64,000 nt of DNA from Alphaproteobacteria bacterium (GTDB taxonomy: Bacteria; Pseudomonadota; Alphaproteobacteria; GCA-2731375). Position numbers and translations under genes: made by a program. The notes beneath the pieces are model-generated. The model was not told where the DNA came from, did not search any database, and was given only the letters and a program-made list of their open reading frames with translations. Location of the stretch: the NCBI GenBank assembly GCA_965226475.1, contig CBDDDJ010000005.1, positions 1,741,690-1,805,689 on the forward strand, read 5' to 3'. Every line of letters begins with the position of its first letter. The stretch's first letter is position 1. Positions 17,899-29,000 of this stretch are shown piece after piece.

Positions 17899-20014
17899 GG
17901 ATGATGCCGATTGCCGCGCCGCGCTCATCGATCAGCGGGTCGCGGCCGATGGCGATTTCGGCGCCATCCGCCAACCCGTCACCGTCCGTATCCGCGAGCG
18001 CGGGATCGGTGCCGGCCAGGAACTCCTCGAGATTGCTGGCATTGTCGCCGTCTGGATCGAGAGCGGCATCGCTGGCAAGCAAGGGATCGAGGCCGTTGTC
18101 CAGCTCCCAGAGGTCGGGGATCCCGTCACCGTCGTCATCGGAATCACAGGCGTCGCCGGCGCCGTCATCGTCCAGGTCGGCCTGGTTCGCATTCGACGTT
18201 TCCAGACAGTTGTCCCGAAAATTCGCGGTGCCGTCCCCGTCACCATCCGCGCCCAGAATATCGGCGGAGGCGATTGCGTCGACCCGTCCGGCGCCATAAA
18301 TCAGGTCGTCGCCCGCGGCGCCGAGGTCGACCGAGGCGTCGACCAGGGCCGAGCGTATCATCGCGGGCGTCGCGTTCGGCGCGACTTCCCGCAGCAAGGC
18401 GGCGATCGCGGCCACGTGCGGTGCCGCGGCGGAAGTACCGAAGAACGTTTGCGGGAAGCCGCCCGCACCGGTCACCGAGACGCCGTCGATCGCGACCAGA
18501 TCCGGCTTGGCCCTCGATTCGAAGCCGGGAAGGCGGATGATCGCCGGCCCCCGGGAACTGTAAGGCTCAATCGTGTCGTGGCCCGGATCGGCCGCGTCGA
18601 TCGCCCCGACGGCCAGAACGTTGGCCATCGTCGGGTGCCCGACCACGCTACCGCTCGGGTCGTTGTATTCCGGATTGTCACCACCGAAGAGCACCAATTC
18701 CAAATAGCGGTCCGTGCCGGAAAATCGCTCCACCAACATGTACGCGGTCACGGTCGCGCCGGTGGAGTTGTAGTAGCAGACGGCTTCGAGTGGATCCTGA
18801 GTGCCGTTCTGTAACCCGGCGCTTATGCAGTTGGGTCAGAGAGCATTGGCGAGCGTGGAATCCAGCAACCCCATGTCTAAATCGTTCGTCGAACCGCCGA
18901 AGGGATCATTCCACTGCAGAATCGCGACGAGGAATTCACCCGGCGGCACGCGAATGTTCATCGAGATGTCGCTTGTTCCCCGCCCGGCGCGAAAGCCGAA
19001 GTCGTGAAACACGCCGCCAGACGCCGGGGTCGACAACGACAGCTGCTCATAGTGGCCGAGCGCCGAATTGCCGGCGGCCGATACGTAGACGACGTCATCG
19101 GCGATCGCCTGCACCGCGGCGGCAACGGCGCCATCCTCGAAATATGGCTCGCCGAAGAAGCCGAGGTCGTCGATGATGACGGTGGCACCAAAATCGATCT
19201 TGAGATCGTCCAGCCGGGCGATGAACTCCAGATCGGTGCCGACGGCGGCGACGGCGATCTTCGCGTCAGGCGCCATGTCGTGAATGATCTCGGCAATCGC
19301 CGTGCCTTCGTTGCACGTCGATCCAAAATCGCAGTTGGCACCATCGAAGCCGCTCGGCTGGCAGGTGCCGTAGCGCGCGAGGTCGGCGGGCAAATCGCCG
19401 CTCGCCTGCCCGGCGGCAATCGTGTTGGCGCCGTCCGACAGGACGCCGACGCGCGCGCCCTTGCCGGTGATCCCATAACCGCGCAGCAGGTTCGCCTTCA
19501 AGATGGCATCGCCCTCGGTCTTGACGCTTCCAGCGCGCTGGCGCGCGTAGCTCGGCGCACTGATACGCCCAATTTCCGCTTCCGCCGCAAGACGTTCCAA
19601 CGCGGCCTCGGGTACCCAGGCCTGGGTTATGCGCAGGCGCTCGTTGGTGAGTTCGATCCGGGCGCCGAAACGCCGGCTCAAGCGATCCAGCGCCAGCGTT
19701 GCCTCGCGCCAATGCAGGTAGACCTGAACGAAGCCGTCCGCGTCGAACCGCACTTGCCGCGCCGGCCCTCCAAATCGCGTTGAACCGCTGGTCGGCCCGA
19801 ATTCTCGCCGCGCCTGGAGCGCCCGACGCAGGTGCTGGTCGATCTTTGGGCTAGCGGTCGCCGCCGGTTGCGACGCGACCGAGCGCGCCGTGCCCCACTG
19901 CGCCAACTGGCCGTCACCGGCCATCGCCAGCGATTCCAAGACAACGAAAGAGATCGCGCCCAAGACCACCGTGGACAGGAAATTCCGTGCCTTATGGGCT
20001 GGTCGATACGGCAT
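17879..20014 (-). pseudogene. Secreted subtilisin-like (S8) serine protease with C-terminal thrombospondin-type-3 Ca-binding repeats; in-frame TGA at 18836..18838
   Basis: It has a signal peptide, Asp (VGVLSDG), His (AAGNSALGHY) and Ser ([11 protein letters not shown]) catalytic motifs, and DxDxDGxxDxxD repeats. ORFs 18836..20014 and 17879..18751 are in the same frame, separated only by TGA (...[19 protein letters not shown]...). Confidence 0.7.
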
Positions 20015-20133
20015 TGCCTTTGAATTCAGTCGCCCGCGTCGAACACCATTATATCATATAAAGCAATGTGTAACTCGAACGCCCTGAAAGGACACCGACA
20101 ATTCACGCGCGACAGCCGGGTTGCACGGCTATC

Positions 20134-20931
20134 ATGCCGCAAGCGCTCAAGGAGGGTTCCATGCATATCACGTTCGATGACCAGACGGTTCTGGTGACTG
20201 GCGCCGTCGGTGGCATCGGCAAGGCGATTGCCGAGGGATTCGCCGCGCGGGGTGGCAAGGTCGTGGCGACGGATATACAGGGCGGCGAACTCGAAAGAGC
20301 CTTCGTCGGCGCGGAATTGATTCGCGCCGTGCCACTCGACATCGCCGACGCCGAGGCGGTCGCCCGTTGCGTTGCCGAGGTGGAAGCGGCGAGCCCACGC
20401 GGTCGGATCGATATCGTCGTGCATTCGGCGGGCGGCGTCCGGGGCCAGGTCGCCAAGCCGATCGAGGAGATCGAGCCCGAGGAATGGCGCGCCATCCAGG
20501 ACGCGAACCTCACCGGTGTCTTCAACCTGGCCCGCGCCGTCGCGCCCGGCATGAAACGGGCGGCCGGCGGGCGTATCGTCGTCATCTCCAGTCGCGCCGG
20601 CCTCGGTGTCAGCCTCACGGGAATTCAGAGCTATGCATCGGCCAAGGCGGGACAGCTCGGCCTGGTGCGCCAGCTGGCGCATGAGCTCGGTCCGTTCGCC
20701 ATCACCGTCAACGCGGTCGCGCCCGGATTCATACGCAGCAATCCGGACTCCGAGAAGCAGTGGCAATCCTACGGTCCCCAGCGCCAGGCACGGATGGTGG
20801 AGGGCATCGCGCTCCGCCGTCTGGGCCGGCCGGAGGATATTGCGCACGCGGTCTTCTTCCTCGCTTCCGTTTACGCCGACTGGATCACCGGCCAGACCCT
20901 ACCCGTCAGCGGCGGCCCCTGGCCCGGGTAG
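20134..20931 (+). CDS. SDR-family oxidoreductase (FabG-like)
   Basis: It has TGAVGGIGKAIA (TGxxxGIG), NAG-like and YxxxK motifs in a 265-aa protein. Confidence 0.75.
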   Translation: MPQALKEGSMHITFDDQTVLVTGAVGGIGKAIAEGFAARGGKVVATDIQGGELERAFVGAELIRAVPLDIADAEAVARCVAEVEAASPRGRIDIVVHSAGGVRGQVAKPIEEIEPEEWRAIQDANLTGVFNLARAVAPGMKRAAGGRIVVISSRAGLGVSLTGIQSYASAKAGQLGLVRQLAHELGPFAITVNAVAPGFIRSNPDSEKQWQSYGPQRQARMVEGIALRRLGRPEDIAHAVFFLASVYADWITGQTLPVSGGPWPG

Positions 20932-20954
20932 TTTCATCGATTCGCCTGGCTACC

Positions 20955-21512
20955 CTATTCGCGGGGCGAATGCTTGGCGAGAATCCGCTGCAGTGTCCGC
21001 CGGTGCATGCTGAGCCGGCGCGCGGTCTCCGAGACATTGCGATCGCAGAGTTCGTAGACCCGCTGGATATGCTCCCACCGCACCCGGTCGGCGGACATGG
21101 GGCGGTCGGGCGGCGCCGGCCGGTCGACGCCGTCGGTGGCGAGGGCCGCGGCGATGTCGTCGGCATCGGCCGGCTTCGCCAGATAGTCGATCGCGCCGAG
21201 CTTCACCGCCGCGACGGCGGTCGCGATATTGCCGTAGCCGGTGAGCACCACCACCCGGCAGTCGGCGCGCGCGGCATGGAGCGCCTCGACCACGTCCAGG
21301 CCACTGCCGTCGCCGAGCCTGAGGTCCACGACCGCATGGCCCGGCGCGTGCGCATTGGCCTGCATGACGCCCTCGGCGACGCTTTCGGCCTGGATGACGG
21401 TGAAACCGCGCCGTTCCATGGCACGCGCGAGCCGGGCGAGCCAAAGACCGTCGTCGTCCACCAGTAGAAGCATTCGATCGGCCGGCCGGCCTTCCGCGCC
21501 ATCCGACATCAC
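20955..21512 (-). CDS. regA: Redox-responsive response regulator RegA/PrrA/ActR
   Basis: A 185-aa protein with near-identity to the RegA family throughout, including the invariant C-terminal Fis-type HTH PMSADRVRWEHIQRVYELCDRNVSETARRLSMHRRTLQRILAKHSP. Confidence 0.85.
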   Translation of the reverse strand: MMSDGAEGRPADRMLLLVDDDGLWLARLARAMERRGFTVIQAESVAEGVMQANAHAPGHAVVDLRLGDGSGLDVVEALHAARADCRVVVLTGYGNIATAVAAVKLGAIDYLAKPADADDIAAALATDGVDRPAPPDRPMSADRVRWEHIQRVYELCDRNVSETARRLSMHRRTLQRILAKHSPRE

Positions 21513-22837
21513 GTCACACCCCCCAATTCGGTCGTCTCCAGTTTCTCCTCGATCCGCTCCCTTGGCCAGCGTATCCGGACGCTGGCGCCCCGCTGGCGGC
21601 CGCGGTTGGCGAATTCCAGGGTTCCTCCCGTGCGCTCCAGCAAGGTCTTCGCGATGAAGACTCCGAGCCCCATGCGGCCCCGATCGCGCCGCGTGCCGAC
21701 ATAGGGCTCGCCCAGCGCGGTCAGGATTTCGGGGGCGAAGCCGGGTCCGTCGTCCAGGATCTCGCAGGCGACCTCGTCCTCGCTCCAGGATGCGGTGACG
21801 CCGACCTCGGTCCGGGCGAAATCGACCGCGTTGTCCAACAGGTTACCCAGACCCTGGAGCAGCTCTGCGCGGCGCGCCACCACCGGTTCCCCGGCGCCGT
21901 CGCGGCTGACCGTCTCCAAGCGAACCTCCACGCCGGCGCGCCCGGCAGGTTCGATCGCGCCGGCGAGCAGCGCGCGGAACGGCAGGCGGGAGAAGGAGAG
22001 ATCCTGCTCGCCGGAGGGATCGCGCGCCAGGCGGGTCAGGATATCGCGGCAGCGCGCGACCTGGCTGTTCAAAAGGCTCATATCCTCGGCCATGGGGTCG
22101 CCCGCCGGCAGATCGTCCGCGAGTTCCCGGCCGATGAGCGCGATGGTCCCGAGCGGCGTGCCGAGTTCGTGGGCGGCGGCGGCGGCCAGCGCACCCAAGG
22201 ACGAAATCTCCTGCTCGCGCGCGAGCACCCGTTGCGTCTCCGCCAGGGCATCGGACATGCGGCGCGATTCCTCCGCCACCCGCCAAGCGTAGAGGGTCAG
22301 GAACAGCATGCCGAGGACCAGCGCCGCCCAGATGCCGAAGACGTAGATCTCCGGCACCGCGAAGCCCGGCGCCGGCCAGGCGAGCGGCTGATGGCGAAAC
22401 ATCAGGAAGCTGGCGCCGAAACAGACCAGGAGCGTCAGCGAAGCGGTGCTGGCGAGGCTGAGGATCGTCGCGGAAATCGTCACGGGCACGATCAGCAACA
22501 GGCTGAAGGGATTGACGAGGCCGCCGGTCAGGTAGAGCAGGACGGAAAGCTGCACGATGTCGTAGCCGAGCAACATGGCCGCCTCCTGCTCGCTGTGCCA
22601 GCCGGCGAGAGAACGGCGGAACTGAATCCAGATATTGAGCACGACGGAGCAGGCCACCGCCGCCATCGCCCAGATCATCGGCAACTCGATACCGAATCCC
22701 TCGCTCACCAGCAGCAGGGTGACGACCTGGCCGACGACGGCGCTCCAACGCGTCGCCAGCAGGGTGCGCACGCGCACGCGCCCCGGGCGCGGCCGGATCT
22801 CGGCGGAACGGGTTTCGATGGCATTTGTCTGGCTCAC
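21509..22837 (-). CDS. regB: Redox sensor histidine kinase RegB/PrrB/ActS
   Basis: It has six N-terminal TM helices, an H-box AAAAHELGTPLGTIAL and an HATPase domain. It overlaps regA by 4 bp. Confidence 0.8.
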   Translation of the reverse strand: MSQTNAIETRSAEIRPRPGRVRVRTLLATRWSAVVGQVVTLLLVSEGFGIELPMIWAMAAVACSVVLNIWIQFRRSLAGWHSEQEAAMLLGYDIVQLSVLLYLTGGLVNPFSLLLIVPVTISATILSLASTASLTLLVCFGASFLMFRHQPLAWPAPGFAVPEIYVFGIWAALVLGMLFLTLYAWRVAEESRRMSDALAETQRVLAREQEISSLGALAAAAAHELGTPLGTIALIGRELADDLPAGDPMAEDMSLLNSQVARCRDILTRLARDPSGEQDLSFSRLPFRALLAGAIEPAGRAGVEVRLETVSRDGAGEPVVARRAELLQGLGNLLDNAVDFARTEVGVTASWSEDEVACEILDDGPGFAPEILTALGEPYVGTRRDRGRMGLGVFIAKTLLERTGGTLEFANRGRQRGASVRIRWPRERIEEKLETTELGGVT

Positions 22838-22918
22838 GGTCGCGCATGATAAGTCAAAAACGGCGGGCGGGACGAGGCCTCTCGGCTCGCCGCGCCGGTG
22901 ACGCTATAGTGGCCGGCG

Positions 22919-23698
22919 ATGAACGACGGCGGCGCAATCGATATACGAACCACCGGCGCATGGCCGGCTTTCGAGATCGTCAATCCCGCGGGCGGACGGC
23001 GGGCGTTGATCATCTGCGACCACGCCAGCGCGGCCGTTCCACCGGTGCTCGAAAATCTCGGCCTGGCGCCGGAGGAGTTGGCGCGTCACATCGCCTGGGA
23101 TATCGGCGCGGCCGACGTCGCCCGGCGGCTCTCCGTCCTGCTCGACCTGCCGGCGGTGCTGGCGGGCACGTCTCGCCTCGTGATCGACTGCAACCGGCTG
23201 GCGGACGATCCCTCGGCGATGCCGGAGGTGAGCGACGGCACCGTCGTGCCGGGCAACCGAAACCTGGACGACCGGGAACGCGAGCGGCGGCGCAAACTCT
23301 ATTCGATCCCCTACCACGACGAGATCGCGCGACGCCTGATCGACGCCGGCGGCGCGACGCTGCTGATCAGCGTGCACAGCTTCACGCCGGTCATGAACGG
23401 CATCGAGAGGCCTTGGCACGTCGGTATCCTGCATGATGGCGACACGCGCACGGCCACCCGTCTGCTCGGCGAGCTCGGCCGGGTCCCGAGCCTCGTCGTC
23501 GGCGACAACCAGCCCTATTCCGGCGGCGACCCCGAAGGCTACGGGATCAAGGTTTTCGGCAACCAACACGGCTATTCCGTGGCGATGTTCGAGATCCGCC
23601 AGGATCTGATCCAGACGACTCACGGCGCCGAGGCGTGGGCCAATATTCTGCACGCCGCGCTGGAATCGGTCCTGGCCGCGCGGACGGAGAACGGATAG
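22919..23698 (+). CDS. N-formylglutamate amidohydrolase (FGase) family protein
   Basis: A 259-aa protein with FGase family motifs (ICDHAS, SVHSFTP, GDNQPYSG). Confidence 0.65.
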   Translation: MNDGGAIDIRTTGAWPAFEIVNPAGGRRALIICDHASAAVPPVLENLGLAPEELARHIAWDIGAADVARRLSVLLDLPAVLAGTSRLVIDCNRLADDPSAMPEVSDGTVVPGNRNLDDRERERRRKLYSIPYHDEIARRLIDAGGATLLISVHSFTPVMNGIERPWHVGILHDGDTRTATRLLGELGRVPSLVVGDNQPYSGGDPEGYGIKVFGNQHGYSVAMFEIRQDLIQTTHGAEAWANILHAALESVLAARTENG

Positions 23699-23702
23699 CA
23701 CG

Positions 23703-24869
23703 ATGCCCCACGACGAGCCCAGCTTCACCCTCGGGATCGAGGAAGAGTATCTGCTGGTCGACCAGAGAAGCCGCGACCTGGCGACGGATCCGCCGCCCGG
23801 GCTGATACGGGAGTGCGAGGACCGGCTGAGCGGTCGGGTGACGACGGAGTTCCTCCGCTCCCAGATCGAGGTCGGCACCCGGGTCTGCGCCTCGATCGCC
23901 GAGGCCCGGGCCGATCTGGTGGAGTTGCGCGCCACGGTGGCGGAGGTCGCCGGCGAGCATGGGCTGGCGCCGATCGCCGCCTCGACCCATCCCTTCGCCA
24001 ACTGGCTGGATCAGAGCCGCACCGACAAGGAACGTTACCAAATGCTGGCCCGCGACATGCAGGCGGTCGCGGGTCGCCTGCTGATTTGCGGCATGCACGT
24101 CCATGTCGCGATCGAGGACCCGGACCTGCGAATCGACCTGATGAACCAGGTGAAATACTTCCTGCCGCATCTTCTGGCGCTGTCCACCTCCTCGCCCTTT
24201 TGGCACGGCGTCGATACCGGCCTGAAATCCTATCGGTTGACGGTGTTCGACGCGATGCCGCGCACGGGCGTGCCGGAACGTTTTGATTCCTGGGGCGAAT
24301 ACGAACGCCTTGTCGGGCGCCTGGTCGGCGCCGGGCTGATCGAGGACGCCACCAAGATCTGGTGGGACGTCCGTCCGAGCGCGCGCTTTCCGACACTCGA
24401 GATGCGGATGACGGACGTCTGCACCCGACTGGACGACGCGCTGGCGATCGCCGCCCTTTACCGGTGCATCCTCTCGATGCTTTACCGGCTTCGCCGCGTC
24501 AACCAGCGCTGGCGGATCTATCCCGCCATTTGCGTCGAGGAGAATCGTTGGCGGGCACAGCGCTACGGCACCACCCACACGCTGGTCGATTTTGGCCTGG
24601 GCCGGCAGGTGCCTTACGCCGAACTGCTGGACGAAGTGGTCGCGCTGGTGGCCCCCGACGCGGAGAAGTTCGGCTGCCAGGCGGAAATCGCCCACGCGCG
24701 CGAGATCGTGCGCCGCGGCACCAGCGCGGAAAAACAGCTCGGTATCTACAACGACGCGGTCGCCCAGGGGGCGGAGCCGATGGAAGCGTTCCGCCATGTC
24801 GTCGACTGGCTGATCGCCGAAACGGTGTTCGGAACCAGGGCGGTCGGCGACGGCGTAACCGCAGCTTGA
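23703..24869 (+). CDS. YbdK-type carboxylate-amine ligase (GCS2, glutamate-cysteine-ligase-2 family)
   Basis: It has the GIEEEYLLVD N-terminus, the GMHVHV motif and a length of 388 aa, all typical of YbdK/GCS2. Confidence 0.8.
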   Translation: MPHDEPSFTLGIEEEYLLVDQRSRDLATDPPPGLIRECEDRLSGRVTTEFLRSQIEVGTRVCASIAEARADLVELRATVAEVAGEHGLAPIAASTHPFANWLDQSRTDKERYQMLARDMQAVAGRLLICGMHVHVAIEDPDLRIDLMNQVKYFLPHLLALSTSSPFWHGVDTGLKSYRLTVFDAMPRTGVPERFDSWGEYERLVGRLVGAGLIEDATKIWWDVRPSARFPTLEMRMTDVCTRLDDALAIAALYRCILSMLYRLRRVNQRWRIYPAICVEENRWRAQRYGTTHTLVDFGLGRQVPYAELLDEVVALVAPDAEKFGCQAEIAHAREIVRRGTSAEKQLGIYNDAVAQGAEPMEAFRHVVDWLIAETVFGTRAVGDGVTAA

Positions 24870-25245
24870 AATAGATACCCATTTGGGGGATACACTGGCA
24901 AGCGTCCGGGCCTAACCTACCGACTGGCCTGGCCCGAATGCGGCGCTTTTCGAGAGGGAAAGCGAGGAATCCACGGCTGTGGCGAGGCCCCGTGGCAGGT
25001 GTTGTGTCGATAGGCGCGGCCCAGCTCTCGGATCCGTCGTCCGGTCCGGCAACGGTTTCTCACGTCGACCGAAACCGGGCCGGACGACACTCATTCCCAG
25101 GGGCGCGAGATCCCGGGATAGCGGTACTCGAGGCTCAAGAAGGCTCGAGGCGATTCAGGCATGGAATCGGGGTGTGACGACTGACACTGATAAATCGGGT
25201 GTGCCACGTCATATTCTGGTGCTGTCGCGAACGGGGTGGGCGTCA

Positions 25246-28200
25246 TGACCAATACCGAATTCAAACCGAACATCCTCGTGGCCACGGCGGCGGCGAGTAT
25301 GCTTTTCTCGGCGCTTTCGCCCGCGTATGCGGCGATGCCACTCCCCGACGCGAGCCTGGACGGGATCGAGAGCGCGGGCGAGATCGCGCCGGTCGACCTC
25401 CGCGACCGCGACGGGAACGGCCTCGCCGACGGGCTGCAGGAGCAACTGGCCGGCCTGCGCGTCAACGAGCTGGTCGATGTCGTCGTCACACTAGACCATC
25501 CTTCGTCCGCCGCGCGGATCGAGCAACTGATTGGGGCGTTCGACCTCGGCCACGAATTCACCTTGATCAACGCCTTTTCCGGTACGGTGACGGTGGGCCA
25601 AGCCCGCGCGCTCGCCCGGATCCCCTTTGTCTCCCGGGTCGAACCGGTCTACCAGGTAAGCGCCGCGGCCGAAGGAACGCGCGGCGATGCCGGGGTCGAC
25701 GGCATCTATGCGACGCCGGGCGTCAGCAGCACCGGCACCGGCGCCGGAATCGGCATCTGTACCGTCGACAGCGGTATCATGACGACACACGAAATGTTCG
25801 ATGCGCCGGGTAAGATCGCCGGCACCTGCGATGCCATCGGCGCGGAGAGTCGAGCGAACACCTGCGCCGTTGGCGGCACGATCGAGGACGACGTCGGTCA
25901 CGGCACCTCCGTGGCGGCCATCGCCGCGGGCGACGGCACCGGCAGCCCGTACGCCGTGGCGCTCCGCGGCATGGCGACCGGCGCCAAACTTTATATCGCC
26001 AAGGCCCTCAAGTCGGACGTTATTTTTCGGATTCGCGGTCGGCAGCGACGTCGATGTGCAATTGGCGGTCGAATGGTGCGCCGGCCAGGCGGGTGCCCGT
26101 ACCATCAACCTCAGCATCCAGGGTGACCAGGCACAAAGCGACGGCCTTGACGCGATGAGCCTGATCGTCGACGCGGCGGTGGGAGCCGGCAAGGTCGTGA
26201 TCGCCGGCGCCGGCAACAATGACGCGCCACATACGATCCAGCCGCCGGCGGCCGCCCATTTGGCAATCGTCGTCGGCGCCTACGGCGAATGGTCCGGCGC
26301 GCCCGACTTCATCGCCGCGGCCGACCTACTGGACCAGCAGCGGGGCGACGGACTGACGGTCGAGGGCGATACCGCCCGCGCCGCCCTCTCCGACGGGCCC
26401 TTCCCGGCGCTCTTTTCCACACGTGGAACCGCCGACGTGAACCGCACCAAGCCCGACATCATGGCGCCCGGTCACACCATCGCGACGGCGGCGGCGGATC
26501 CGGGTTTCGTCGTCAACTGTGGTAATCAATGCTACGACGTCGTCTCCGGCACCTCCTTCTCGACACCCGTCATCAGCGGCATCGTCGCCCTGATGCTGGA
26601 GGCAGATCCGAGCCTCACGCCCGACGAGGTTCGCGCAATCCTTTTCGATACCGCGCGCGACCGGGGTTATATGGGCCTCGACGGGAACGGCCAGGAAACG
26701 GTCCCCTTGAAGGGCACGGACTGGGGCTTCGGCATCGTCGATGCGCACTCGGCCGTGGCGATCGCGCGCGAAGGCACGGGCGACACGACGCTGAACAGCG
26801 TGCTCGCGGCGCCGATGCCGGCTAAACATTCGAAAGGCCGGGAATGGGTCACCGAAGACCTCAACGGTGATCGGTTCGAGGAAGTTCTGATCGATTTCAC
26901 GGTGACCTCGGCCGACGCGGTGAGCGGCGTGCCGCTGGCGATCTCCGTCTCCTCGCCGCTCAGCGGCTTCCTGACGACGATTCCGAATTGCCCGCCGATC
27001 CTCTGTGGGTATCGCTACGTCCCCGATATCGACATCTTTCTCTGTCGGCGGGCCAACGGCAATAACTATACCCAGATCGCCTCGAGCATTTGCCCGGCGG
27101 CGGCGTACAATGGCGACTGCGGACCAAACGGCGTGCACGAGAGCATCCGGATCGCCAATCCCGCCGCCGACGATTACCGCCTCGGCATTGTTTTCCTGAA
27201 CGACGAAATCGACAGCAGCGCCAGCAATGCCCTGGTGAAGTACGACATCACCTGGGGCGCCCCACGGCGCCCGTGGCCAATCTGGCGCCGATCCCGGAGC
27301 CGATCGCCGACTTCACCTCAAACCTGACATCGGTGTCGTTAGACGCCAGCGCCTCCAGCGACCCCGACGGATCCATCGCCTTTTATGCGTGGTATTCGGC
27401 CTCCGACACCGAGGCTGGAACCTCGCCGCAAGCGACCTTGGAACTGCCGAACGGCCAGACGACGGTCGTCACCCTCACCGTTACTGACAATCTCGGCAAA
27501 AGCGCCAGCCACGATATCGCGGTCACGGTAGCCACCGGCGGGCCCGTCAATCAGGCACCGACCGCCGGCCCGCAAAACGTCTCGACGGACGAGGACACGG
27601 CCTTGCCGATCACGCTCACTGGCAGCGATCCAGAGGGCGATCCATTGACCTTTACCCTGGTTGCCCAGCCTGCGAACGGCAGCCTTTCGGGCACCTTGCC
27701 CGATGTCGTCTATACGCTGGACCAAGACTTCAACGGCGCCGACAGCTTCACCTTCAAGGTGAACGATGGACAGCTCGACAGCGATCCCGCCACCGTCGAG
27801 ATCGACGTCGTGGCGGTCGACGATCCGCCGACGGCGGACCCGCAAAGCGTGGCGACCAGCGTGAATACGGCGCTGGCGATCAGGCTTACCGGCGGCGATC
27901 CGGACGGGACCTCGCCCACCTTGGCGGTGGCGACGGGCCCCGCCAACGGCTCGCTTTCCGGCACCGCGCCGAACCTGACCTATACGCCGAACCTGGATTT
28001 CGACGGCGTCGACAGTTTCACCTTCACCGCCAACGACGGCACCACCACGAGCGCGCCCGCCACCGTCGACATCACTGTCACCCCGCTGAATCAGGCTCCG
28101 GTGGCCGATGCAGGCCCGAACCAGGAAGTCCAGTCCAGCGGCAGGGGCCCGTCCGCGGGGGCGACGATCACCCTCGATGGCGCCGCCTCGAGCGACGACG

Positions 28201-28979
28201 GCACCATCACGCAATACGCTTGGTCCTGGAGAGGCGGCGGGGTCACGACGACCGATCCGAGCGTAAACGTTTTCCTCGGCAAGGGCGTCTATGACATCGC
28301 CCTGACCGTGACCGACGACGGCGCGCCCGGGCTGACGAACGCTGATACGGTATGTATCGACGTCTACAACAAGAAACCGTCCGGCACCTGCGCCTCGAGC
28401 GGCGGCAACGGCGCGCCGACCGCGGTCATCGATGGTGGCAGCCAGACGGTCGCCGATAGTGACGGGGTCGCCGGCGAATCCGTAACCCTGAACGGCGGCA
28501 ACTCGACCGACGATGGCACCATCACATCCCATCAATGGTCCTCGAGCGGTGGCTCGGCGAGCGGCCCGAGCCTGACGACGACCCTGCCGGACGGCGCTAC
28601 CGCCGTTACGTTGACGGTGACCGACGATCAAGGTCTGACGGACCAGACCACCGCCACGATCACGGTGCAGGCACCCGGCAGCGGTGGTGCCTTGGCGGTG
28701 GGGAGCATTACCTTCTCGGTTAGGGGCAGGGGACTCACGGGCACCGTGACCGTGGATCCACCGGTCTCCGGCGTTACCGTCAACGCCAGCTTCTGCGGGC
28801 CGGTAGGCTGCACGTTCGATCACGTCGATGAGGTGACCAATAACAACGGTCAAGCCAGCTACAAGATCGTCGGCTTCTCGGCGGGCTTTACCTACACGCT
28901 CACGGTGCACAGCCTGACGCAGAACGGGACTGTATGTGATACGGGTGCCTGTTCGTCCTCGGCAAACTACGTACCGTAG
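25246..28979 (+). pseudogene. Large secreted S8 subtilase with C-terminal cadherin-like and PKD repeats (about 1240 aa), carrying two apparent frameshifts
   Basis: The coding sequence spans three ORFs (25236..26126, 25801..27327, 27090..28979). It has a signal peptide, an I9-like propeptide, and Asp (CTVDSGI), His (VGHGTSVAA) and Ser (GTSFSTPVISG) motifs. The frame shifts at a T5 run (26043..26047) and at GGGGCGCCCC (27254..27263). Downstream come 95-aa cadherin-like/VCBS repeats (NQAPTA...DSFTF..NDG) and PKD-like modules. Confidence 0.7.
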
Positions 28980-29000
28980 ACTCTTTCAGGTTGATCCCGG

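Noticed and set aside
16033-18838. Idea that the in-frame TGAs reflect stop-codon reassignment or selenocysteine
   Set aside because: TGA terminates many clearly complete genes in the window (cupin, ribH region and others). No SECIS-like hairpin follows either site. The expected residue at the GT4 site is a hydrophobic Trp, not Cys/Sec.
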